From Mobula hypostoma (Eukaryota), in assembly GCF_963921235.1 (NCBI RefSeq), contig NC_086097.1, positions 221,900,001 through 221,964,000 of the forward strand: a stretch of 64,000 bases of DNA. The letters run 5' to 3'. Shown in pieces: positions 11,321-23,589 of this stretch (its first letter is position 1; every line of letters starts with the position of its first letter). The notes under the pieces were generated by a model, which had not been told where the DNA came from, made no database searches, and was given only the letters and a program-made list of their open reading frames with translations. The position numbers and the translations under genes are program-made.

Positions 11321-12559
11321 CAGGATTATTCCTATCCTTTTAATTAACACATCCCAAAAAAGATCTTGCTTTCCCAATTTAGGTCCCGAACTGGAATGAG
11401 TGGCAGATTATCAGAAATTGTTTTCTTCCTGCAAACTGAAGCTGCAGGTGAAAATTTAGAAGGACAATGTTCTTTACAGGAGTTAAATAGACAATGACTT
11501 TATATTTCTGATTTAACTTAGCAAATTAACCCTCATCTAATTTCCTCTATCTCCAGAACTACTTATGCCTCTCCACCACATACTAACAAGTTTACCAACT
11601 AGCATCATGCAAATCGTCTCTTGACAACGTATGGTACTGTTTATATCTAAACCATGTTAGATTTCGACTCCCCTTTTGTGTAAGCAAAAATAGTGTTAGA
11701 ATTAAATGGAAGCTGATGGTTAAGTGAGAGAGAATAGCTACTAGGGAATAGAAGAAGGGCCCTGCAATAACTGACACAGAAATATGAGCCAAATGGCCTC
11801 CTTCAATAGAGATGAAGTAACTATTGCTGGAGTGTTGTCAGTTCTTAAGACATTTTTGTAAGTTTGCCATTCAATTAAAACTCGATGCTCTGCCCAATTG
11901 GCATCATCTTTTTACTAGAATAAATAGGAAGAGTATCCTTGATAAATGTGGTGCCAATCACTTTGTTTATATGGATAGAAACTACAGACTGGCCTACACA
12001 ATGGAATGTCTGTTGAGTGATCAAGTTGCCTAGATATTTGAATTCATCCCTCACAATTGGGATTAAAGTATTCTTTCTCTGTCAGCTTTGAGATTCTACA
12101 TGTACCCAACTTTCAGACTCATTCCATTAGATATAAACGCACAACTTGTTTTTGTAGAAATTTACAGTTGTGTTGACCTAACATGGAGATTTCCCAATTG
12201 CAGCTATTAAAGGAAGTTGAAAGGCCATGGAAGAGAAGCTTTTTTTTTGTAATTTCGGCAATTTGTATTCAGGTGGCTCCTCTGTCTTTCAAAAGTAAAT
12301 GGCTCATCTAATTTTATATGTCCCAAGACCCTCTCATATGAAATGGACCAATACCAATCCCAGCATGGTTGCCCACTACAAATATGCAAATAATCTACTG
12401 CCAACTCCAGTGAGGTAGTGTTAATGCATTAAACTATATTAGTTTGAAAGATTAATTGTGCATAAAATTAACCTATGTGCCACTTTGGATCAAGGATATA
12501 TAACTTAGTAACTCTATTGTAGAAGACATTAAAACTCTTTGGTGAAGCTAGGGAGGGAG

Positions 12560-15140
12560 AACCATGGAGGCTTAGAGCTATACAGCAAGGAAGGAGGCAC
12601 ATGGCTTTATTACTCCATGCTGACCAAATTGCCTAACTAAGTCATCTCAAGGCACTTTACTACCACAGTGTAATTGTGCACAACATAACCTGTTTGGATA
12701 AAATGCAAGACAAACTTTTCTCTAATACTTAGTATGTGTGACCAGCATAAACTATTAATATAGCTGGTCCCATTTGAATGTATTCGACCCATAATACTAA
12801 GCCTTTCTTATCTATATAACAGTCTAAATGCCTTTTAGATATTATAATTGTATGCTAGAATAAGCAGCTTGATCCATATACTCACCACTCGCTGTTGTGA
12901 AAAAGTTGTTCCTCAAGTTCCTTTTAAATCTTTCTCCTCTCATGTTAAGCTAATGCTCTCTAAATTTCAATGTTCCTATTCTGGGGAAAAGACTTTGGCT
13001 GTTAACCTTATCTATGCTCCCCATGAATTTATAAACCTCTTTAATGTTACACCTCAGGTTCCTATGTTCCTGGGAAAGAAGTCCTTATCTAACCAGACTC
13101 TCCTTAGAAAGCAAGCTCTCCAGTTCCAGTAATATCGTAAATTTCTTTCTACCCTCACCAGCTTATGATAGCCTTCCTATAGTAGGGCAACCTGAACTAT
13201 ATGCAGTATTGCACGTGTAGCCTTACTAATGTCTTGTACAGTTGTAATATGATGTGCCAGTACCGGTACTTAATATTCTGGCTGATGAAAGCAAACTTAC
13301 CAAATGCCTGCTTCACCACTCAGTCTACATCTATTGTCACTTTCAAGGGACTATGCACCTGCATCCCAGGTGTCTCCTAAACACCCCCCAGAGCCCCAAC
13401 ATTTAAGGTGAAAATCCTGCCCTAGTTTATCTTATTAAAATTAACACCTCATGTTTATCTGAATTAAACTCCAATTGCTATTTTTGGCCCAGTTCCGGTT
13501 GATTATGATCCCTTTGCAATCTTAGATAACCTTCTTCACTGTCCACTTCACCACCAGTTTTGATGTCATCCACAAACTCTTTCATCATGTCTTCTACATG
13601 ATCATCCAAATAAGGACAACAATGGACACAGCACTAATTCCTGTGGCATACCACAGGTCACAGGCTTGCATTTTGGAAAAAAGTACACAGTACTCTGTCT
13701 CATATTGTCAAACAAATTTTGCATCCGGTTAGCCAGCTTGTCCTGGAAGCCACGTGATCTAACTTTCTGGAATAGCTACCATACAATACCTTGTCAAATG
13801 TCTTGTTACAATCCACGTAGACAAAATCTACTACACTTCTCTCATCTCCCTTCTTTAAAACTCAACCATATACACGAGACAAAATTTCTTACACACCAAA
13901 ACCATGCTGATTATCCCTAGTTAGTCCTTTAGTCATAGAATCATACAACACAGAAATGGTACCTTATGGTCCAACTCATCCATGCTGATATTTTGACCGG
14001 GGGGTAGCTCCATTTGCCTACATTCGGCCCACATATGTCTCAATACTTCCTATCTATGTACCTGTCAAAATATCTTTAAAAAATATAACTCTATCTGCAT
14101 CTACTCTGGCAGTTGATTCCAAATTACCACCATCATTTGCATGAAAAACTTACCCTTCAGATCTTTTCTAAGTTTTTCCACTCTCATTGCAAACCTGTGC
14201 CCTCTAGTTTTAGACTGCCCTGCTCTAGAATTAACATTCCAACTATTTATCTGTTCCATGCCTCCAATAACTTTATAAAGCTCTATAAGGTCACCCATCA
14301 GGTTCCCAGGTTCTAGTGAGGATAAACACAGTTCATCCTATCTCTCCTTATAACTGCAGCCCTCCATTCCAAGCAGTAACATCATGAATCTTTTCTGCAT
14401 TCTCTCTGTTGCTACCATATCCTTCCTGTATTATAGTGACCAGAACAGCACACAACACACCAAATACAGTCTAACCAATATTTTATGCAGCAGCAACATG
14501 GCTTGCTCACTCTTATATTCAGTGACTCAGCCAATGAAGGCAAGAATATCAAATGTGTCTTCACTCCCCTATTCATGTCTTGCTCTTGCACCAGACTTGT
14601 ACCAGAGTTTCTCATTGTACACCACTGCCAAACGTTCCTGCCATTTATTCTATCAGATTTGACTTCCTTAATTGCATTACATCATTCCTGGCTGGATTAA
14701 ATTTCATCTGCTAACAATTTGCCCAACTTTCCAGATTACCTCTGGTGCTCAATGTCAGTGGTTCTCAACTTGGGCTCCATAGAACCCTCAGTAATGGTAG
14801 GGGTCCATGGCATAAAACAGGTTGTGAGCCCCTACTCTATATCCTGAAACAAACTTCTTCAGATTTCACTAGTTTTTGTATTGTCAGAAAACTGACTAAT
14901 CCGACCATTTGTGTTCTCATCCAGGTCATCTAGAGATTACAAACAACAAAGGTCCCAGCACTGATCCCTGCGCTATGCTAGTGGTTGTAGATTTCCAATC
15001 AAGAAAAGACATCCACAACAACCCTCTGCCTATTATCACCAAGCCAATTTTGGATGCAATTTGCCAGCACACCTCATATCTCTTGTGCACTAACCTTCTA
15101 GATCACAATTATGCAGGATTTGTCAAAAGAGATGAAGTCC
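12560..15140 (-). mobile_element. Two old CR1 3' fragments in tandem (about 12560-13925 and 13930-15140)
   Basis: GDLIELYKVIGG…KTRGHRF…KFFMQ…WNQLPE; tail-like catagaatcatacaac at 13934. Confidence 0.75.
14756..14834. mobile_element. About 79-bp hAT/Charlie-type MITE
   Basis: Imperfect TIRs cagtggttctcaac / ggttgtgagccccta; imperfect 8-bp TSD ctcaatgt/ctctatat; second, truncated copy in opposite orientation at 25512-25576. Confidence 0.6.
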
Positions 15141-16336
15141 ATTTAAGCTGTCTATGGGCCAACCGCCCAGGAACTTCTGTGGGAAGCTTTGCCACTATCA
15201 ACAACATAGCCTTATATACACCCTTCTAGTTCTTCTTCACTTGAAAATAATTGCCTGCCTGGCAGCAAGTACATTAGACTAAATCAACAGAAGTCCGTAA
15301 GACATAGGAGCAGAATTAAGCCATTCAGCCCATTGATTCTGCTCCTCCATTCCATCATGGCCGATCCTGAATCCCACTCGACCCCACACACCTGCTTTCT
15401 TGCCACATCCTTTGATACTCCGACCGACCAGGCAACAATCAACTTCCGGCTTAAATATACCCACAGGCTTGGCCTCCACACAGTCTGTGGCAGAGAAATC
15501 CACAGATTTACTACTCTCTGGCTAAAAAAATTCCTCCTTACCTCCTTTCAAAAAGGTCGCCCCTCAATTCTAAGGCTGTGCTCTCAAGTTCTGGATACCC
15601 CCTCCATAGGAAGCTTCGTCTTCACATTCATCCTATCTAGTCCTTTCAACATTCAGTAGATTTCAATGAGATTCCCACACATTCTTCTAAAGTCCAGTGA
15701 GTACAGGCCCAAAGCTGCCAAATGCTCCTCATATATTAGCCTCTTCACTCTTGGAATCATCTTTGTGAACCGCCTCTAGACCCGCTCCAATGACAACATA
15801 TCCTTTCAGAGATATGGGGCCCAAAACAGTTGACAATACCTTAAGTGTGGCTTGACTCGTGTCTTATAAAGGCTCAGCATTATCTCTTTGCTTTTATATT
15901 CTATTCCCCTTGAAATGAAAAGCAACATTCGATTTCCCTTCTTTACTACAGACTCAACGTGTAAATTAACCTTCTGGGAGTCCTGCACAAGGACTTCTAA
16001 GTCCCTCTGCACCTCTGATTTTTGGAGCCTTCTCCCTATTTAGATATTAGAATGCACTACTGTTCCTTTTACCAAAATGTATTATCATACGTTTCCCAAC
16101 ACTATATTCCATCTGCCACTTTTTTGCCCATTCTTCCAATTTGTCAAAGTCCTGCCTCCTCAGTACTACCCACCCCTCCACCTATCTTTGTATCATCCGC
16201 AAACTTTGCCACAATGCCATCAATTCCATTATCCAACTCCTTGACAACCAATGGGAAAAAGCAGCAGTCCCAATACTAACCCCTGAGGAACACCACTAGT
16301 TATTAGTAGCCAACCAGAAACTCTTTTATTCTCACT

Positions 16337-16902
16337 GGGGGGTATGGGGTGTCAGGGAGGGGTAGCACCTCTGGTGGGGGAACATGTCGCATCCTTTTCA
16401 GGGCAGTTAGTCCACCTTTGGTCCCCACCTGGCACTCAACTCTCACCTGTGGCTCCCCGTAGCTGCTTGCATGCGACAGCGGCCACACCCCGGGCAACGG
16501 CTTTGACAAGCCAGCTAAACCAGGTGAGGGTAGCCGATGGGTCTCAAACCCTCGGTGTGATAGGGAGTTGTCTATTCCAGCATGTGAAGACAGACTCCGG
16601 CGGATTGAACGGACGTGACCTATGGAAGGTCCAACGGTCAAGAAGGCGGTCTCTGCAATCGTCGTGGAATGTGTAGAGCAGGACAAGACACAGAAGACGT
16701 CCTGGTCATCCACTGCGCCTAGTCCCATCTCCAGCCATCTAGACTCTGTCCTGCCACTGGATCCAGATGGGAATTGGGAAGAGAGAGTGAGGCTGATGCT
16801 GCGCAACTCTCCCTCACTTAAATCCAAATCACGCGCTAGTCTTGACACCATCATAATGGTGTCGAGGTCCTCATCGACGTCAACGATGGACGAACAACCG
16901 AC
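16337..16902 (+). mobile_element. Non-autonomous RTE-type retroelement (5'UTR + 3'UTR bipartite SINE)
   Basis: 10-bp TSD TATTCTCACT (16327-16336) / TATTCTCAGT (16903-16912) within CR1. GC- and CpG-rich, non-coding, no Pol III boxes. 3' stem-loop CTTGACACCAT-CATA-ATGGTGTCGAG (16841-16866) and short (CAA)-like tail. Confidence 0.8.
16346..16530 (+). ncRNA. HDV-like self-cleaving ribozyme (predicted)
   Basis: P1 GGGGTGT/ACACCCC; P2 CTCTCACCTG/CAGGTGAGGG; P3 GGC/GCC; P1.1 CC/GG; J1.1/4 GCAA; P4 GGCTT/AAGCC; J4/2 GCTAA with candidate catalytic C16515. All in the canonical order. Confidence 0.75.
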
Positions 16903-17514
16903 TATTCTCAGTCACTGCCTCCAGCCAGTTAGCCATTCCTCTCTCCATGCCAGTATCTTTCCTGTAACACCACAGGATTTTATCTTGTTGAGCAGCCTCA
17001 TGTGTGGCATCTTATCAAATGCCTTCTGAAAATATAAGTAAATGACATCAATTGCATCTCCTCCCTGCTTGTTACTTCCTCGAAGATAACAGATTTGTCA
17101 GGCAAGATTTCCCTTTACAGAAACCATGCTGACCTTGACTTATTTTATCATTAGTCTCCAAGTACACTGAAACCTCATCCTTAATAATAGACTCCAACAC
17201 TTTCCCAAGCATTGAGGTTAGGCTAACTGGCCTATAATTTCCTTTCTTTTGCCTTCCTTCCTTCTTAAAGAGTGGAGTGACATTTACAAACTTCCAGTCC
17301 TCTGGGACCATACCAGAATCAAGTGATTCTTGAAAGATCATGACCAATGCATCCATAACCTCTTCTGCAACCACTCTCAGGACTATGGAATGTAGTCCAT
17401 CTGGTCCAGGTAACTTATCCACCTTTGAGGGTGCCGAGCACTTTTTCCTCTATAATAAGAATGGCACTCACTCTCACTCCCTGACACTCACTGATCTCTG
17501 GCACACTGCTTATA

Positions 17515-18570
17515 GGTAACATGGTTATCTACTCTCAAACATATAAGTTGCGAAGTATCTCTCATTTGGATACGCAGGGCAGCACTGTCAGGATCATGTT
17601 TTTTTGATTTTTTAAGTGCCTTCAATACCATACAGCCCTCACTGTTGGGAAAAAGCTCCATTCAGTACAGGTTGGCACTTCCATTGTATCCTGGATAATG
17701 AACTACCTGACAGTTGTGTGGCTTCAGAGCTGTGTGTCAGACATGGTTATAGGGAGCAACGGGCCCCACAGGGGATTGTGTTGGCTCTCTTCCTGTTGAC
17801 ATTATATACAGTACCTCGGACTTTAGATACAACACCGAGTCGTGTCATCTGCAGACATGTATAAAAGGAATATAAAGGGAGGATGGGAGGATGAATACTT
17901 TGTCAAATGGTGCAAGCTGAATCATCTGCAGCTCAGCTTCAGTAAGACAAAAGAGATGGTGATGGACTTTAGGAAGACTAAGCCTACACTGCTCCCTGTT
18001 ACTATTGATGGTGAGGATGTGGGTGTGGTGAGGACCTACAAGTACCTGGGGGTGCACCTGGATGACAAACTTGAGTGAAGCACCAACACAGAAGCTGTGT
18101 ACAAGAAGGGCCAGAGTTCTCCCTACTTCCTGAGGAGACTGAGGTCCTTTGGAATATATAGGCCTCTCCTTCACATATTCTACCAGTCTGTTGTCACCAG
18201 TACAATCTTCTATGTGGTGATGTGCTGGGGCAATGGCATCAATACGGGTGATGCCAACAGGCTCAATAAACTGATTAGAAAGGCTTGCTCTGTTACAGGA
18301 GCCAAACTGGACACGCTGGAGACTGCAGTAAAACAAAGGACCTTAAAGAGAATACTGGCAATTCTGGACAATGTTTCCCACCCTCTGCGTGCCACTTTGG
18401 CAGAACAGAGGAGCACTTTTAGTAATATTCTAAGAGATCTGCGCTGCTCCAAAGAGCACTCTATGAGGTATAAAAAAACAGTAAAATTACCAGCGGCCAT
18501 TAGGCTCTATAATGAGTCAAACTTTAGCTGGAGAAGTGATGACCCCCTCCTGTTAGACTGTTTGAGGTAA
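17515..18570 (+). mobile_element. Rex1/Babar LINE 3' fragment, decayed
   Basis: APQGIVL, WCKLNHLQLSFSKTKEMVMDFRK, YKYLGVHLDDKL, YFLRRLRSF…HPLRATL. Confidence 0.9.
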
Positions 18571-19034
18571 CTCATGTATAAGTTCAAACACTTCCTGCTC
18601 CTCACTCTGCATTCCACTCAAAATAGCCACATTAGCTGATATAATGACAGTATTTCCAACAACAAAGATATACCATGATGTCAAATGATTCAGCAAAGAT
18701 TCTCTGATGTGTAGGCATAGAATCCCCCAGAGCAGGATCACAGATTTCCATTGTCTGTGATAACCAATTAATCTGCATCTACTTGATGACCTGACATTTC
18801 AGCTTCTAACATTGAATGATCCATTTCAAAATCCACTAAAATGCAAACGTAGCTTTCACCTGAATCAGGCAGGCACCTCAAATGCCTGGAATATGCATCT
18901 CAGATGTTGCCTTGCAACATGATAGGGCAGGAATAGAATGAAGATTAGAAGCAAATGATTTGAACTCTTTTCTGGTTTACACTGGACAGGATTTAGACTT
19001 TACCCTCATGTAATGTGTGCTTTTGTAGCAAAGC

Positions 19035-19330
19035 TAACTGTGGCATAATTGGGTATACGCTCTTCTCTGGGCCAGAGAGTTGTGCAATCATTCTAATTTA
19101 GAAATACCAGACAAAACCTAGCTTCACACTCCAGTATAAAGCCGAATATTAAATATGGTAAATACTTTCCTCTCAATGGTGTTCTCAAAATGGAAAACCT
19201 GTCACCATATCATTGTCTGTGGAGCTTTGCAGAGGGCAAATTGGCTACAGAATTTCTTACTTTACTGAATTGAAAAGCAGTAAAATACTTTGGAATGTCC
19301 CTATAAAAATTGATGTTTATGTATTTTTGT
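19035..19330 (+). mobile_element. Ancient DeuSINE/SacSINE-like remnant
   Basis: Decayed core and tail words ctgtggagctttgcagagggcaaattggctacagaatttcttac…gtaaaatactttggaatgtcc. Confidence 0.4.
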
Positions 19331-19682
19331 TTGCTTTCCTCCTCCTTGAGAGATCGTAAGGAACAGATGCATGTATTTGCACATTTTCACAACCTTGCAT
19401 CTCCTCCTGGATGGAAGAGATGCCAAGACAACAAGTAGTATGAGTATACCAAGCATACCATTTTAAAGTTGTATCTGCTAAATATAGCATGTTGACTAAT
19501 CTCATTGTGGTCCCCTCTGCAATTAGGCAATGAAAAGTAGATTGGGAGATTCTTTATAAAACACTTTCATACAGTACACAAGTTTGACCCTGTGCTTCCA
19601 AGTGATTTGTCAAAAAACTTTTCCATCCATCCCTTCACACCACTTTGATTTCAGTATCCTTCACTGTTGGACTATTGCCCTC

Positions 19683-19950
19683 ATACGAGGGGCACAGCCT
19701 CAGAATAGAAGGACGTCCCTTTAGAATACAGATGAGGAGGAATTTCTTTAGTCAGAGGGTGAAACAGGCAGCTGTGGAGAACAAGTCATTCGGTATATCT
19801 AAAGTGGAAGTTGGGATTTTATTGATTAGTAAGGGTTACAGGGAGAAGGCAGGAGAATGGGGTTGAGAGGGATAGTATGGTGGAGCAGAGTCAAAGGACC
19901 GACTGGTCTAATTCTACTCCTATGTCTTATTGTCTGATGGTCTCTTATGG
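19683..19950 (+). mobile_element. CR1 3' end fragment
   Basis: GHSLRIEGRPFRIQMRRNFFSQRV followed by CR1 3' UTR and tail. Confidence 0.8.
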
Positions 19951-20067
19951 AATTCAATTCTATGTAATCTCACTGAGCAACAACAATTTCTGACTTGCAC
20001 CATTGAGTCATACAACATTGAAACAGGCCCTATGGACAACTGGAACATACCGAACAAGATCAAAGCT

Positions 20068-20530
20068 AGCACACAAGCATGAGGAAATCTGCAGGTGCTG
20101 GAATTTCAAGCAACACACATAAAAGTTGCTGGTGAACGCAGCAGGCCAGGCAGCACCTCTAGGAAGAGGTTCAGTCGACCTTTCGGGCCGAGACCCTTTG
20201 TCAGGACTAACTGAAAGAAGAGCTAGTAAGAGATTTGAAAGTGGGAGGGGGAGCGGGAGATCCAAAATGATAGGAGAAGACAGGAGGGGGAGGGATGGAG
20301 CCAAGAGCTGGACAGTTGATTGGCAAAAGGGATATGAGAGGACATGTTCCAAGAAAGGATATATGGCTGTGATAGCGAGTCTGAGTCAAAATGTGATCGA
20401 AAAGTTGAAGAGCCGAAGAAATTACAGATGGGGAGCAGTAAGAGATGGTTCACTGAACTCCTGTCGAAGAGAAGATTTAAACTTCTTCAAAGTAGGCATC
20501 ACCAGAAGAGGCTTCGCAGTAGTGAATTTA
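20068..20530 (-). mobile_element. Penelope-like element, internally deleted (ORF N-terminus joined to 3' end)
   Basis: LTQTRYHSHISFLGTC (H..FL..C motif near the N-terminus of PLE ORFs) fused to the pLTR segment with a hammerhead-like core at 20173-20208. Confidence 0.75.
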
Positions 20531-20992
20531 ATTGCAGCATTTGACTCGTATCTATCCAAATCTTTCAAATCCACACTTAATATAATATTCAAATGTTTCA
20601 GGTAATCTGAATTACCAATATTTACAGGACCTACAGGATTTTTTTTCTGGGAACCGAATAATTACCGTGCTCTTTCATTATGAATTTTCATTCTATCAGT
20701 AATCACATTACTAGTTCTTTCAAACTTGCCTTTTCATTCCTTACATAATTTAATCATTCCTGTCTTCCACCCAATCACGGATCTCCTTTCCCACTCTCTC
20801 TCTTCTCCTTTCCTCTTCTCTCTGCATATCTATCTTTATCTCGTTCCGTAGGAAGGTCATTGATCTGAGAATTTCAACAATTACTCTTTCTCTGACTGAA
20901 CTGCGGAACATTTCCAGTATTTTACATTTTTGTTTCAGATTTGCTGCATTTACAGTATTTTGCTTGTGTGTGAAGCTCTCAAATTTTTCTGT

Positions 20993-21678
20993 AGATTAGA
21001 TTATGAGAACACACACTCCTCTTTTATTGTCATTTAGAAATGCATACATGCATTAAGAAATGATACAATGTTTCCCCGGTATGATATCACAGAAAACAAG
21101 ACAGACCAAAGACTAATACTGACAAAATCACATAATTCTACCATATAGTTACAGCAGTGCAAAGCAATACCATAATTTGATGAAGAACAGTCCATAGGCA
21201 CAGTAAAAAAATAGTCTCAACGTCCCCGAGTCGATCGACTCCCGAGTCCCCGATAGCGGCGGCAAAAAGGGAGAAACTCCCTGCCATAAACCTCCAGGCA
21301 CCGTCAACTTGCCGATACCTTGGAAGCAGCCAACCACAGCCGACCCTGAGTCCATCCGTCCGAAAACTTTGAGCTTCCGAGCAGCCTCTCTGATACAGCC
21401 TCCCGAGCGCCATTCTCTGCCGAGCGCCTTCGACCTCTCCCTGGCTGCTGAAACAAGCAAAGCCAAGGATTTCAAGGCCTTCAGCTCCAGAGATTCTGGT
21501 TACCACACAGTTGCAGTGGTGGCAAAGCAGACATTTCAGAAGTTTTCCGGATGTTCTGCTATGCACTCACGTCTGTCTCCATCAAATGAGAATTGTGCAC
21601 GGTCCCCTACTTGACAGATAACAGGTATTCATCACCGGAGAGGCTGCGTGCACTGTCGTCGTGCTGCCATCTTCTCCC
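20993..21678 (-). mobile_element. Non-autonomous Rex1/Babar-related retroelement, copy 1
   Basis: 5' GGGAGAAGATGGCAGC, CpG-rich body, AATAAA then (TAATC)n tail; homologous along its length to 26941-27588. Confidence 0.7.
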
Positions 21679-22574
21679 GATCCAGTGGCTATTCAGCTGG
21701 CGACTTCCCCTAATACATTCTCTGTTTATCCCACAGATATTGATCTTATTCCAACTTCTGGAAGCCTATGGAACATGAACGGCTTCTTGACACCAAGGGA
21801 CTGCATATAGCCTGAATGCTAACAAACTATTTATGTGCTCTGGCTTGCAACCTAATTGGAGGTCAAATTCTCACTTCTAAATTGCACTTGTAATTCAAAT
21901 ACACCTCAACTGCATTATTATGTGTTCCAATTCTTAAATCTACTTTGCCACTCTTCAATAATTTCTTTTTGTATTATGATTAATGTGCTTAGATCTAATA
22001 TTGGGAATACTGAAGCAAATTCAACTGATTTCTGAAACTTATTTTAGTTAGACATAAGTAGTTACTTACCAAGCTATATGTAGTCAAATCTATTATCATT
22101 TTCTACATTCACAATTATTCTCATGTCTCCTTTTTTGATGGGAGCAAGACTGAGAATTCTGTTGGAAATTAACTATTTTTGTCAGTTCCCCTTACATTTG
22201 ATCTTATTCAGGTTCACATTTATCTGCTCTTTACACCCAGAAGCTAAAATTACTTCTAAGTGTGGCATTTACCCATAATTTAATTGCGGCAATGAAACAG
22301 ATACACAATTACCTTTGATAACCTGATACAATATATAAACATAAGCAGTTACAGAATGACATATTATCTCACTCAATCTGACAATCGATACTGACTGCAC
22401 ATTTTTGCTCAGGACTAAAGATGTACAATAAGTTCAAAACATTACAGTGATATGACTCTTATCTTTAATTATTAACATGTGTTAAACTTACTGGGCACCT
22501 TTAAGATTTTGTTAATTTCTAAGAAAATAAAGGTACAGTACCTTGGTAGGGATACACTTCTTCGACATTTTCAC

Positions 22575-22860
22575 TCATAGAGCGATGCAGCACAGAAGCA
22601 GGCCATTCAACCCATCACATTCATGCTGACCATCTTCACTCATCCTGATCCTGTACTAATTCCATTTTATTGTGCCCACATTCCCATCAGCTTGCCCCAG
22701 GCTCCTACCACTCACCTACACATTAAAGGGGACTTTACAGTGGTCAGTTAACTCACCAACCTGCACTTGGAGGAAGAGGCAACACTGGAGGTTAGAACTG
22801 AACTCAAATCACCAGAGCTGTGAGACAGTATCTTTACAAGTAATACCACTATGCCACCTA
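22575..22860 (-). mobile_element. HE1/V-SINE-like tRNA-derived SINE with CR1-type tail, decayed
   Basis: Minus-strand head ggtggcatagtggta…gagttcagttct, core ggttggtgagttaactgaccactgtaaa, CR1-like tail gggttgaatggcctgcttctgtgctgcatcgctctatga. Confidence 0.55.
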
Positions 22861-23589
22861 CTCCTTTTACAAAGCTGTTAAGTGGCTGAATAACTAATTA
22901 ATAAGGCACCTTCTTATATCATACATATTCAACTTTCTTTAGCTCTGTACAAGTTCAAACAACAAACAGCACTTCTTTTTCCCCCCGTTACAAAAAGAAA
23001 TGACTGGTGTTATTGTTGGTTGGGAAATACTGTAAAAGTTTCTAAGATTTGTGAAAGATTTGAAATAAATGTATGTCCTTTCATTCATTCTTTCTCTTAG
23101 TGTTAAACTTATTACATCAGCCACTTCCTTACTGGCTGTACCAGCTTATTGCAGCATTGAACCCTGACCACCAATGACAAATGTCTCAGGATATATTTTC
23201 ACTAACACACCTACTTTTCATAATGTGATATCACCTCATTTCTAGAGGTATCCAACTCCTTTTTGTATGTTTGCAGCACCCATTACAGCAGCAAATGACT
23301 TACTTTTGTGAAAGGAAATCTATCCTGATGTGCAGCCTCACCCACCTTCAATTGTGTATTGGCCTCCTCTTCTTGGTAATTGATCTGAAAAAGAAGATAT
23401 CTGAGCATAGCTAATCAAATCCCTCCACAATTTAAGCAAAAACTTCCTGAAGTCCACAATTTTCTAGAGTAAGGTGGCTTGGTTCTCCAAGCCAATCATA
23501 ATTTAGGGGATTTTAATGGAAACTAAATGGACCTAATCTGTACTTTCCTGTACCTCCAACCATTGCTTACAGAAACTTGTAAGTAAAGA

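Larger units (their letters stand above)
15290..17510 (-). mobile_element. CR1 LINE ((TCTTATGG)-tail type), decayed, interrupted by the RTE-type element at 16337-16902
   Basis: ORF fragments DKLPGPDGLH…NYRPVSLTS…KSCLTNLL and QRDLEVLVQDS…VKPHLRYC; CR1 3' UTR at 15290-15360. Confidence 0.88.

Noticed and set aside
16303..17029. ORFs of 110-183 aa across the GC-rich insert
   Set aside because: No domain motifs, they cross element boundaries, and GC richness explains the lack of stops.
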